From Macrostomum lignano (Eukaryota), in assembly GCA_002269645.1 (NCBI GenBank), contig NIVC01000139.1, forward strand, positions 179,591 through 243,590: DNA of 64,000 bases, given 5' to 3'. A program made the position numbers and the translations under genes. Every line of letters begins with the position of its first letter. The stretch's first letter is position 1. The notes below the pieces were generated by a model. The model was not told where the DNA came from. It worked only from the letters and a program-made list of their open reading frames with translations, and searched no databases. Below, one piece after another: positions 1 through 12,791 of the stretch.

Positions 1-604
1 CAGGAAGCCGTCGTCGTTGGAAGGCAGAGCAGTCCGTAGCACCCAGTCAAGCACCAGAATAAATAGGAACGGCGCTAGCGTATCTCCCTGGAGCACCCCG
101 GAGGATGTCTCGAAGAAATCCGATAGGCCGTCCGGTGTTAAGACAGCAGCCGTCGTGCCGTGGTACAGCGCCATGACAGCAGAAATCAGCAGCTCTGGCA
201 CGTTGTACGCACGGAGCACCTCTGGGAGCGCGTCCCTCACGACCGAGTCGAAGGCCTTCCTGAAATCGACGAAAATCAGGATCAGGGTCAACTGGCGGAT
301 GCGCGCCTCCTCGATGACTCGTCGAAGAGCCAGGATCTGCGTCACTGTGCCGCGATGGGGCCAGAATCCGTTCTGCTCAGGCCGCAGGTACGGGTCCAGC
401 GCAGGCTGTAACCGCGATAGCAGCATGCGGTTGAACAGCTTCGCGGCGCAGGACTGTAGGTCGGCGGGGACAGGCGAGGACTCTGCGCTACGTCGACTGT
501 CTGCTGGCTGACGCCGGCGCCCCGGACTCTGCCGGTGGTGCGGCCTTTGTTCGCGCCCAAGCTTCGAAGCGCGCCATCTGACAGCGTACTCTGTTGTTGT
601 TGTT
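1..604. mobile_element. RTE-like non-LTR retrotransposon copy with internal inversion: 1..460 is RT-coding sequence on the minus strand; 461..604 is the 3' end (stop 579-581, (GTT)n tail) on the plus strand
   Basis: 1..460 is near-identical to 40023..40482 (same orientation). 461..604 is the reverse complement of ~39170..39335 and encodes ...RRYVDCLLADAGAPDSAGGAAFVRAQASKRAI*. The element runs off the window start. Confidence 0.9.
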
Positions 605-626
605 TGACCATAAATTAACTCTTTGC

Positions 627-1340
627 TCATTCAAGCTTCAATTGACAGCAACCTTGCCTACATTTTGTATTCAACTCAAACAACAGAATATGGCTCATAT
701 GTGAACTGAATAGAAGTGGAAATTCCATATTATTTCTAGATACCAACAGATTGACAACAGCTTGTAGCTTGTAGCAATGAATAAATTGTTTTTCTATGAA
801 ATCTTTCATCAGGCCTGTTCTGCGAATGTGGGCAAAAAAGTTATCTCATATCTGCCTTTTAATAGCTTGTATATGTAGCTCATATAATATCAGGCATGAT
901 GGGATGATGATGAATTATGGAGGCAGAAGTGCACTGAGTCACACATACATGCAGTGACTAGCCCAAGTAAAGGCTGCTTGCTCTGTAAGTGTGACGCAAT
1001 GAACCCAACAAGTTCCATAGGGCGATCTTTTTTGCAACTGTAATTAGCCTTGTAACTCAATGACTCAATACTAAGCACCTCCTGTACTTCAGGTGAAAAT
1101 TCTCTTACCTTCTCCGCAATAATTCTAGCAAAGGTAAACAACATGTGCTTTGCTCCCTTCTTTACCTCCTTTGCTGCCTTTCTCTTCTAAGCTGGCCAAT
1201 CTACTAGATTGCATGTGTTGCAAAGCAAGAGCTTCTATGGTTCCATAAGCCCGGTGGAGTGCGGAGCCATGACAATGCAATGATAAACGCTTAGTGCAGC
1301 AATAGTACATGTTGCCATTTCGCCGAATTTTTTCATCCAT
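627..1340 (-). pseudogene. Decayed MULE/Mutator-like transposase fragment (FLYWCH-like zinc finger plus downstream region)
   Basis: YYCCTKRLSLHCHGSA resembles a FLYWCH-type C..C zinc finger. It is followed by IIAEKVREFSPEVQEVLSIESL...KDRP and LFIATSYKLL-like segments across stops and frameshifts. Recognised by eye only. Confidence 0.35.
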
Positions 1341-2932
1341 CAGGTGGCCAAGGACTTGTTGGGTATTACTGCACTAGTCTCAACCAATAAGAGAAACTAA
1401 AAAAAAGCTACACCTGATTTTATATGAAGAAGAGATTTGTTTAATACGAAATATGTTTACACCTCTTAGGGGCCTACTATAAGTAGGAAATCAAGACTCG
1501 TAACCATTTTTGTCTCTAACCTTGCAATATACTAATAAAATTTTGACTGTCTGCTAAACCTCCCATTGCAACCCCACATCTCCCCACCCAAAGCTATCCA
1601 ATAGAAAACCAGTTGTCATTTTCTGTGACCCCCACCCCAGCTGTGGCCATCTTGGTGTGTGGCCATCTTGGTCTTACACCATTTCAATAAGCTTAGTATA
1701 TTAGTGATATAAAAAAACAATTATAGATCTATTTTCTAAAAGAAGAAAAAAAACTAAGTAAAAAATCAGTATGCAAAATTGAAATAAATCAGCAAGACAA
1801 AAGTAGCCATACCATGTAGCATATACATCTCCCTCCCATCTAAAGGCTAGTATGGCTCTAATATATACTACCTTATAAGACAATAAGGATTGATTGACTA
1901 TGATTTTTTTCATGCATGATTGGAACTAGACTATTAGTTTTTATCAGTGTTTCCACTGTTGCGTATTGCTATGACTACTGCAATTCTTGCAAATCTTGCA
2001 AAAAATAGCAAGTATTTTTGCAAATACTTGCAGAAATTCTATAATGTGGAAATTCTTGCCTGCCTATAGAAAATCAATCAAGAGGAATTTTGTAATCTAC
2101 AGAAAATTGGTTGCTCTGATTTTGCTCTAATATTAGAATTTAAAAGGAAACAATTTAATTGTAACTTAATATTTTCTTTTTGTTGGAATTCTCTTTAATT
2201 AATATATATAAATTATACTTCTATAGTTTAAAAGTTCATCTAATTATTTAATTATTAGTTAAATAATGATAGCTTTTATTTTAGTTTATATGCTATTGTC
2301 ACCCCCTTATTCACTAGAAACTATTATCCCTATTGGAATACATGTTAAAAACTCATAGATGTGCACTTTAGAAAAAAGTCATTATTTTACCACGCTTTTT
2401 AGGATTATTAAAAATCATTTTCTGTCAAAATCACAATTTGAAAACTTTTCAAAATCATAATTAAAATTTTCCTAAATCAAAATTCAGAAAAACAAAGTTT
2501 ATTATGACCAAAACTCACTTTTTTACTCTTGATATACTGCTTATGCAAAACAAAATACATGTATATATAGCACAAATTAGTTTATTTTTAGCCACTCTTA
2601 CACATTTCCGAATTTTTGGAATGTCTCAAAGCATTATACAAGAAATTACAAGTATACAGGCCCCTTTCACAAAGGTATTAGACTCTTTTCCATGTATATT
2701 TATTTGCTAAAGCAGCAGCCAGTAGGAAAAGGCAGCGCGTGTGCAGGCCTTGTTGCATAGACAACAATCAATTAGCATGCAATAAGGCACAATTGTCTGC
2801 ATGCTAATTGATCTACTAAGTATTTTTTAAAGTGCTTTAACATCTTTGGTGAAAACATCATTAACTGCACTCACGTTTTGGCTATATCATTCAGCAATAA
2901 GCAGAGTTCTTTATTAAAATAATTGAAATTCT

Positions 2933-3643
2933 AATATAGCTTTTTGTAGTCCACATGGGCTTATATGTATTGAATTTAACCCAAGATACATTTGCCAATG
3001 TAATCAAGTTTTTGTTTATAGTAGCAAGGCTAGCATAGTAGCATTTAATTTGGTTCAACAAGCATCAATTTGGTCCATAGCTACAATTGCAACTGCAGCA
3101 AAGGAGCAAGATCAGCCTCAAAATTGTGGACCAAATGCTAGGATTTCAAAAGAGTGCCATTGGCTTAGGATCAAAGCATGTGAACACCTAAAGGATAAGG
3201 AAACCATTGCTGGCATAGATTGCCTAAAAAAAGGTAGCAATTAGCAAGGCAAATGGCTAGAGACTTAGGTCAAACTGCTATTGGATGCAATTGAGACAAA
3301 CCCTTGATTGATATTGTAGAAAATGCAACAATTGTTGAAAGAATGGTTCTGTTTGGTTATCAGATTTTGTTTATCAGGAGAGCTCTGAAAAAAAGCAATT
3401 GAAAATTGTTGGTAGAGACACTTCCATTCTAGCAGTATATACCAGCCTACATACAATTGCAAAAAGGCAAGAGTTTGTCAAATGGCTCATAAGTGTTTGG
3501 ACCAAATTGAATGCTTGTTGGACCAAATTAAATGCCACTGTACTAGCCTTGCTACCATAGAGAAAAACTCATTTGCATTGACCAATGTATCTTGGATTAA
3601 CTTCAATGTGCGTAAGTCTAAATAGGCTACAAAAAGCTATATT
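2933..3643. mobile_element. Non-autonomous TIR element (~145-bp imperfect TIRs) containing a decayed gypsy/GIN-type integrase zinc-finger fragment; Ginger-like
   Basis: 2933..3077 (aatatagctttttgtag...caatttggtcca) is the reverse complement of 3498..3643 at roughly 80% identity by eye. The interior plus strand reads KECH...EHL.DKETIAGI and then RSNCYWMQLRQTLD*YCRKCNNC*KN (H2C2 integrase motif). Confidence 0.7.
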
Positions 3644-4494
3644 TAATGTAATATTAACATAACTGACCTTTAGAGCTAGCTAGAATAGAACTTGGAACCT
3701 AAAGAGTCTGGAAGTGAGTTTAAATGTGCCAATACCAATAGTTGAATAAATTGATCAAGTTGGCTAGAAAGACTATAGTTATGTTGAAAATCTTATCATA
3801 TTTAATAGACTAAGCTATCTGTGGAATTTTCTTTAGGCTGCAAAAGATTGGAATAAGAACACTGCTATGCATGAAACTATGTTGTGACCATAAATTTTTT
3901 ATAACATACTTTAATTTAAACATAAAACTATTAGTATTAGTACTACCAAGTCTAGTAAATATTATTGATTTTTAAGTTTTGTTTTATCATGTTTATTTTT
4001 AGACCATTTTTTATTACATTATGTTATATCTACACTGATTTGTTACAATTTTGGTTTGAATTTCTTTTCAATTTTAACCTTCCTAATGCATTTGCTAACC
4101 CAGAGTAGCTATGCTACTTACCACATGTTTATAAGACTTGTGTGAATGCTTATAGCTTTTAAGCATTAGGCTTAGTCATATGATGTCACCAAAAGAATTC
4201 TAGGCCTGAGGTTTTTGAATAAAAATTTCCAATTATTTCAAACAAGTGCTCATTAGAGTTGGCATGTCAAATTCAAATATGTAGCTTATATATACATATG
4301 GTTATGTCATTTGAGATTAGTGTTGTGAATGCTAATCAGGGTACATAGAAAAATGCTTTATAATGGCTGAAATTCGAATGTTAAAGTTAAATATCTTCCT
4401 AAGGACTATTTGCCCTGTATTAATTAACTATTGCATTGCTAATGTGTTGTCATTTCAGAATCACTGGTCGGCTGATGCTGTCTGATATGAGGCC

Positions 4495-7400
4495 ATGACT
4501 AGTGCTAGCATGTTTCTTATTCGTGCCTTGCAAAAGATTCTCAGTGAGAAGGAGATTCGACGCAGTCACAATAGCAAGCTGAGAGAACTATGCGAAAGTA
4601 CTCTGAAGGAGCTTAAAGGACGAGAACAGGAAGACAACAGTCCTTCCCAAAACTCTGTTTTACCACCTCTAAAGTCTGATTCAAATCTTCTCGAGAACGA
4701 AAAGTATCTATTACCATTTGAGCAAGCGTGTCATTCAAAATCGGCTCAGATTGTCATTACTTCATTAGACTGCCTGCAAAAGCTGATTGCCTATGGGCAC
4801 ATTCCAAACAAAACAGTCGCTGACGGTAGTGGAAAAAAACTTATAGAACAAATCACTGAACTAATCACATCATGTTTTCATGGGCCAGAAACTGATGAAG
4901 GTGTTCAGCTTCAAGTCATTAAGGTCCTGCTGACCGTAATGACAGCCCAGGATGTCGAAGTGCACGAAGGATATGTTCTAAAAATTGTGCGCACTTGCTG
5001 CAATATCTATCTAGTAAGTAAAAGCAGCATCAACCAAGCAACTGCAAAGGCCACTTTAACGCAAATTCTGAACGACATTTTTTCTCGTATGGAGAACAAG
5101 ATAATTGAAGCCTCTACAGTAATCGAAGAGGAAGCCGACATATCTAAAGACGAAAAACCTAATGCTCCTGAGGAAGGTAACCTAGGGGTTTGTGATGATG
5201 CTTCAGCATATTGTGCTGATGATAAGCAGGCTACCGCAACAATTATTCGAGGAATTCTCGACGAGATAATTGACAAAACCGAAGCATCTGTTCACAATGG
5301 CGAACCTAAAGTATCGGCCGAAGATTCGGAGAAAGAGTCGATATCAGCCAGTCTGCCAGACGATGATGGAAGCGCAAAAGGCAACCTTGAAAGGGTTCCA
5401 TCTCGTTCAGAATCAAGTTTGCCGACAGAGCTAAAGGATGGCGTCGAAGACATGTCAAGTTTGTCTTACTCTCATGTTTCACAAAAAGACGCCTTCTTGG
5501 TGTTTCGAAGTCTCTGCAAGCTATCAATGAAGCCACTTCCTGAAGGTCACCCGGACCCGAAATCCCACGAATTGCGATCAAAAATCTTAGCTCTCGAATT
5601 GCTCCTAAGCATTCTTCAAAATCCGGGACCAGTTTTCAAGACGAATGAAACATTCATCAATGCCATTAAACAGTATCTCTGCGTGGCTCTATCTAGAAAC
5701 GGTGTTTCATCCGTCCAGGAAGTCTTTGAACTGTCCTGTGCAATTTTTCTTTCTTTGCTATCGCACTTCAAGCAGCATCTAAAGCCACAAATTGAGGTAT
5801 TTTTTAAGGATATTTTTCTGTATATCCTAGAGAATCCAAGTAGCTCGTTTGGTCATAAGTGGATTATTATCCAAATTATGACAAGGATCTGTTCGGATGC
5901 TCAGTGCGTTGTTGATTTGTACCTTAACTATGACTGCGAGATGAACTCCGCGAATATTTTTGAACGCTTAGTAAAGGACTTGGCTAAAGCTGCCCAAGGA
6001 ACCCACGCAAAGGAGCTTGGCTGCACGCCAATGCAAGAGAAGCAGATGCGAACAAAGTCTTTAGAGTGTTTGGTGTCTATTCTCAAGTGCATGATGGAAT
6101 GGAGCCGTGACCTCTATCACAATCCGCACAACCACAGTAATTTAAACGTTGTTGAGTACCACAAATCTGAGCTATCGACAACAATAACGGATCAGAAGAC
6201 GCCAGGTAGTCTGGATCCTGATTCGCGTGAGAGCTCTAATTCTTTGTCTTCTCTACCTGGAGCTTCAGGAAATCCGTCTGTCCCAAACGAGTCAGTTGAC
6301 CACTTCGAGGTCCGAAAACAGCAAAAAGAAATGGTAGAGGCGGGAATCGGCCTTTTCAACAAGAAGCCATTAAAGGGAATCAAGTACTTGCAAGAAAACA
6401 AGCTGCTTGGCCCTACAATCGAAGATGTTGCGGATTTTTTGCGCTCTGAAGAGCGACTTGACCAGGCCGTTCTTGGGGACTTCCTTAGTGACAATGATGA
6501 CTATAGCAGGCAGGTGATGTATGCATACGTTGATCAGCAGAATTTTGAGAACATGGACTTTGTGTCTGCCCTTCGAAAGTTTCTCGAGTCTTTCAGACTC
6601 CCGGGCGAGGCACAGAAGATTGATCGTTTAGTTGAGAAATTTGCATCTCGTTACTTCGAGTGTAATCAGAATAACACGATTTTTTCCAGTGCTGATGCCG
6701 CTTACGTATTGGCCTACTCAATAATCATGCTTACGACCGACCTACACAGCTCGCAGATAAAAGCGCATAATAAAATGTCTAAGGAGAGTTACATCAAGAT
6801 GAATCGCGGTATCAACGACACACGAGACTTACCCGAAGAATATCTGAGCAAGATATACGATGAAATTCGTGGCAAAGAGATCAAAATGAAGACAACATCG
6901 GCTTCAACTCGACCTAAGTCCAAAGGAACAACTCCAGTTCCAACGTCTGAGAAGCAGCGAAAGATTATCTTCCACATGGAAATGGAGCAAATGGCCAAAG
7001 CCGCCAAAGAGCTAATGGAAAATGTCAGTCATCTGCCTTCTGATTTTACTAGTGCAACGAATGTCGAACTCACCAGACCAATGTTCAAAGTTGTTTGGAC
7101 TCCATTCCTGGCTGCTTTTAGCGTGGGCTTGCAAGACACCGATGATCACGACATTTCTACACTATGTCTTGAAGGAATTAGAAGTGCTATCCGAATCGCA
7201 TGTATCTTTTACATGGAACTAGAACGGGATGCCTATGTTCAAGCGCTCTCTCGATTCACGTTTTTGACGGCTAACAGCATAACAGAGATGAAAGCAAAGA
7301 ATATTGATACGATTAAAACTTTAATCACTGTTGCTAACACAGATGGAAATTACCTTGGACGATCGTGGCTTGAGATTCTTCGCTGCATAAGCACACTTGA

Positions 7401-9707
7401 ACTTGCACAGCTGATCGGAAGTGGAGTCAAGTCTCAATTTATCACAGGATCATCTGTTGCAAGCCATGCATCTGGCTCTTCAGCAACTCTTAAAGATAAC
7501 CTCAGTAGCAGCATTGACCCAGAGGCATTTCGAGACCACAAGAAGATCCAGTTGCTACAAGAGCAAATTGGTGAGACTAGTTCGCAGAGTGTAGTAGTTG
7601 CAGTGGACAGAATATTTACAGGCTCTACTCGACTAAATGGTGAATCGATTGTGCATTTTGTCGATGCCCTTTGCAAAGTATCACGAGACGAGTTGGTTTC
7701 CAACCATCCACGAATGTTTAGCCTGCAAAAAATCGTCGAGATTTCTTACTACAACATGGGTCGCATTCGCTTGCAGTGGTCACGAATTTGGGAGGTTCTT
7801 GGCAAGCATTTTAACGAAGCCGGGTGTAACTCTAACGAAGACATTGCCGTCTTTGCTGTTGACTCCCTTCGCCAATTGTCTACGAAGTTCTTGGAGAAGG
7901 GCGAGCTGCCAAATTTTCGGTTTCAAAAAGACTTCATGAAGCCGTTTGAAATTATCATGAAGAAAAATACATCGAAGAACATTCGAGACATGGTTGTGCA
8001 GTGCGTTGCTCAAATGGTTAATTCTCAGTATTTTAACATCAAATCTGGATGGAAAAATGTATTCTCTGTGTTCTTTCTGGCAGCGAGTGACCAAGAGGAA
8101 GGAATTGTGGACCTAGCTTTCCAGACTACTGTCCGAATAATTACCGAGATCATGGAGAAGCAGTTTTCTTCTGTGCTAGATTCCTTTCAAGATGCAGTGA
8201 AGACTCTCTCTGAGTTTGCTTGTAACGTGAAATTTCCTGATACTAGCATGGAAGCAATTCGTTATATTCGAGTCTGTGCGAGGTATGTTGCAGAAAAGGG
8301 GATGATTTTTCGTGACCATCAGGGGGACACTGATGTCCAGGTACAAGAGGATGACCGTGTTTGGGTGCGTGGATGGTTTCCAATACTATTTGAACTTACG
8401 TGCGTTATCAGTCGATGCAAGCTAGATGTGAGAACCCGTTCACTGACGGTGTTGTTCGAAATCATGAAGACGTACGGTGGCCAATTCACTCAGAGCTGGT
8501 GGAAGGAACTGTTTGGTGTTATCTTTCGAATTTTTGACGAGATCAAGATGTCCGACTCGCCTGCTGAGCGCATTGAGTGGATGAACACTACGTGCAATCA
8601 TGCACTGTACGCAATAGTCGATGTTTTTACTCAATATTACGACACATTGTGCCCGATTTTGTTAAACGAGCTTTATGCTCAGCTTAAGTGGTGCGTGCAG
8701 CAAGACAACGAGCAATTGGCTCGGGCTGGTACAAACTGCTTTGAGAACTTTGTGATTTCCAACGGAACCAATTTCAGTCCAGAAATTTGGCAAGTGACTT
8801 GTAATTCGCTGAAGGAGATTTTTGAAAGGACAGTGCCATCTCGACTGTTGACCTGGTCGCCTGCTAGTCCTGAAAAGTCTGCCAACCAACAGCTTGATGA
8901 AGGACTCAGTAACCAAGCGCTATTTAATAGCTTGCTTATCAAGTGTGTAGTGCAGTTTGAGCTAATTGTAGCCTTTGACAATATAATTTTCTACCCCGCT
9001 GCTAGTCGCAAAGAAGATCAGGAAAACTGGGCATCGGCCCAACATCCAATGGAAGAATTACCTGCTATTGCGGAGAAGCTTGACGAAGATCGCGGAATGT
9101 ACAGACACTTGTCTACTGATCAACTGGTTGTGCTAGCAGATTGTCTGATGGAATCGCACATGTTTGCAAAAAAGTTCAATTTAGATCACGAGCAGCGTAA
9201 TTTGCTGTGGAAGGCAGGTAAGGTATACGAACTAAACCTGAACTTATGAAAGATAACACTTTTGAATGATTTCAAAATATATTTATTATGATCTTTTTTA
9301 CCTCTACAGGTTTTAAAGGCAAAGCTAAGCCGAATCTGTTGAAGCAGGAAACCCAGTCACTGAGCTGCTGCCTAAGGATTCTTTTCCGTTTGAACTCCGA
9401 TCCAAGCCGTGTTCGAGAATCTGAACTAATCCACACTAAACTTGTAAATATGTGCAGTGACGCCCTGCAGCACTACTTGTCGTTGCCCACCGACATTCAC
9501 AGGGAGGCCTGGAATTCACTTCTGCTTCTGGTTCTGGTCCGACTCAGCCGACTTCCCTCAGACAAGCTGCGCCGCCACTTGACTGTATATTATCAGTTGC
9601 TTTGCGACTGTCTTCTTGTTCAAAACCTCCCTCCAGAAATCAAAGCTGGACTACGAAGGGTCTTCATGCGGGCTGGCGCACTGGCTCAGTTGCTGCCTGC
9701 AGCCTAA
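4495..9707 (+). CDS. ARFGEF1: Brefeldin A-inhibited Arf guanine nucleotide exchange factor (BIG1/BIG2, Sec71); join(4495..9217,9310..9707), ~1706 aa
   Basis: Contains the DCB N-terminus ([11 protein letters not shown]), HUS box (LYLNYDC), Sec7 domain ([12 protein letters not shown]...[16 protein letters not shown]) and HDS domains. The 92-nt intron gtaagg..ctacag restores LWKAG|[14 protein letters not shown]. This is a co-orthologue of vertebrate ARFGEF1/ARFGEF2. Confidence 0.96.
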
Positions 9708-11249
9708 TTCTAACTATTGTCTCATAGCCAGCCTGTCTGCTGAGTAGATTGTTGTTTAACTTGGTAACTCGATTTTGCAGGTTTATTGCATCTTTTTCCA
9801 TTTTCTTATTGTAATTCTAACTATATTACCAATTGTACCTTGCCTGTCTTTGATTTATTAGAATGGTTCAGATATTTCTGACCAGACAAGACACTTGCAA
9901 TGCCACTAAATCCACCTATACTAAATGTCTTACTGATTTCGATTCTGCACGCACCCGAGCATTATTCAGTGGATGTTTTTATGCGCTCTTACTTTGCTTG
10001 TATCTTTTTTCTGTGTATTTCAATTTTGTTTTCTTGTTTCATCAAATATGTTGTTTCGCAATCGTTCCTGGGTAGACTGATTCATAAAGGGAATGCATCA
10101 AATGCGAGTAGTTTTACAAAAATTAAAAATATTCCGAAAATTTACATAAAGATAAAGATTCCTTTGACCAAATTCATTTCCATTTGAAACTATCGAATTC
10201 TATAGTTTTAGGATTAAGAATTCAGAATATCCATCATTTTTAGACATGTTTATCCGGATGATTTCGTACGCACTGTGGCTGTGATGTGATGTCCGAAAAT
10301 CCTTTGTCTCTTATCCCTTTGTCAAGCATATTTCGCAAATTCTGCTGATACTTTGTCCCCTCAAGCTGGTGAACGCGATCAGATCAAAATTCATTGTACT
10401 TTTTTCTTTCCCCGTTCGGTATTGAGTCTATTGATCCCATTTGCTAAACTGCTCCCTTATTGCTGCGCCCAATTTCTTTAAAATAGCCAAAATCTGTTGA
10501 TTGCTTCATCCTTACTAAATTACTCAAGCATAAGCCGGTTCATCAGTGCCTGATATTTATGATGTGATTTTGCTTAGTTCTGCACCAAAACGATTTGTTG
10601 TTAAATTTCGCTCGTCGTTCTTGTTAATTCTGCTTATTTGGAGTCTTATAGCGAATTTAGTTGATAAACTTCCTAATATCTGCTCTAGCTTTATTCGGGT
10701 TTGTTCATGCGATGCAGAAAAATCCTATGAACTTTATCGTTTATAAAAATAACTCATCTACATTAGTGTTGACGGTTTGATTGAGGCGTTGTATTTCACG
10801 TCTTTTTTATTATTCAATCCATTGAATTATTTTAAGTAGTGGTTATCGATGTTTTTTAAGACAGCTTGGTGCAGGGAGAGAAAGAAGTTAATAAGGATGG
10901 ATGTTGGCGGAAAACGTTGATCAAAGCAGACTTCTTATTGAAACTTTATTAACTTTAAAGAAGCGAAAGTTCTTAGAAACTTTAAGAAGCAAAAAATCAG
11001 GCGCAAATTGTTTAGTGACGTATCCCACTAACAGTTAAAAACCCCTAGGGAGGGGAGAGGTTGAAAACAACGTAATGAGTGCACGAAAAGCTAGGATTGG
11101 TGTACAACGCGCCTCCTGCTTGCGCTAAAGCTGGATGGTACCGTCACAGTTCCAGTGCAAACTGAAGCAGCTTCTGTATATTGTCTTTTAGGATCCACTG
11201 AGGTTTATATTATTTACCTTATTATTGCTACTGCTTCACTTCTGAATTC

Positions 11250-11789
11250 ATGGCGACTAGCACAATGGTGGAGTCTGCCAACAATGGAAGCGAGCTGCTA
11301 TCCGAAGCCCGGGAACTTCCTGCGTTGCTACATCCGAATACTGCCTCCGCTGACACCACTTCTGATGCACCAGCCGCTGAAGACGCACGAGATACGATAG
11401 AAAACGCTTCTGTTCCTAGGACTAATCCTGCCAACAGTTCGCCATCGCCTGCATCCTCGGTGCCAGCTGAGGCTTCCAGTGATGCCGCAATGGCAGAAGA
11501 TTCCAGCATACCAGTGACTGCCCCTTCTACACTTAGCGATTTGCTTGGATTTTCAGTTGACGAAGCTAGCGAGATTGGCCGTCTGTGGCGGGCAGTCCTT
11601 GATGACGGGTCTGACTTCACGTCTTGGACGCTGCTGCTTGAGTTGGCGGAGCAAAGCGTATCCTCTGACATAGAGATGGCCAGGCAGGCGTTCGAGCGCT
11701 TTCTACGGAGGTATCCATACTGCTATGGCTACTGGAAGAAGTTCGCCGATGCAGAGAAGATGACCGGCCATCCGGAACGTGTTATTGAG
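11250..11789 (+). CDS. PRPF39: Pre-mRNA processing factor 39, coding exon 1 of join(11250..11789,16530..16645,17046..17853,18031..18678), ~703 aa
   Basis: DFTSWTLLL...FLRRYPYCYGYWKKFAD is the PRP39 HAT-repeat signature. The donor GAG|gtgaga at 11790 is phase 0 and matches exon 2. Confidence 0.9.
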
Positions 11790-12179
11790 GTGAGACTGCG
11801 GCTCCTACTTAGCCTGGTTTTAACTTTTTTATTTTTATCGCACTTACCTTTGTTCGAAGCCGGCATTAAACAACTTGATATATAGTCCTGTCTCGACGCT
11901 GATTTCTCGTTCTCAAATCTGTTTTTTGACTTGAATGTGCATTTTTTAAAATCATTTCATGGCGCTCCCCATTAGGCAAAGTGACTTAAACACCGGCGGA
12001 GGGATGGACTAAGCTGGGAGAGTAGCAGTGTACACAAACGCCGATTTTCGACGCGGCGCAAACGAGCCATTAGCTTGCACTGCCATCCCACAGAGCCTTT
12101 CCGAAACCAAAGTGAAAATCGCGAGCGCAAGAAAGAAAACTAGCAAGAGCCACTGGCCAAAGAGAAAAGAAAAAGCTGT

Positions 12180-12520
12180 TTAGAACCGCGTCAGCACCAC
12201 AGCCGCCAATTTTTTAGCTGCACCGAACGCCGCATCGTCTTGAGAGAGGTAGCAGTTCACAGTATCATTGCGCCAGTCTCCCAAGCACTGGATTTCTCGG
12301 ATATTCAGGCCGGCCCGGGTTCCCAGTGGCGGAATCTCTTTGCAGGCTGTGCACCGAATACCCGACCGCACTGATGCCCACTTTGCCGAGCCAGGATTTA
12401 AACTGCTTGACAAGTTTACGAAACTTCAAAGCCGGGTGTCCTGATGGACAACAGACGATTGCAGCGGATGTGGTCGTGCAGTGCCGAAACTGGACAGCGG
12501 GTGGCCAGGTATCAGTGCTG
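12180..12520 (-). pseudogene. Tyrosine recombinase C-terminal relic (DIRS/Ngaro/Crypton-type) in PRPF39 intron 1
   Basis: Across frameshifts it reads CPVSAL...FKSWLGKVGISAVGYSVHSLQRDSAT / AGLNIREIQCLGDWRNDTVNCYL. This matches the YR motifs CPV.AL, H-S-L-R-R-G-x-A-T and G-x-W-x(6)-Y. Confidence 0.75.
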
Positions 12521-12791
12521 GCAGCAGACGATCGGTCGGAATTTAAGGCTCGCTAACCCGGTCACCAACTCGCGCAGATAAGGCCAGTCACTGCGGATCA
12601 CCTGGCTGGCCTAGCTTAGCTTGCCAACGAGCCTCTTCAATTTCCGCTTCCGCTTTCATCTAACAAAGGCATAGGGGCAACCCAGCCGCGCACTGAGCAT
12701 AAATACGAGCCACGACCCCGCAAGTGGCGGTAAGCTAATCGAGTTACAGTATACTCAAGCACCGGTTAGCGCCGCGGCGCAAACCAGCCAG

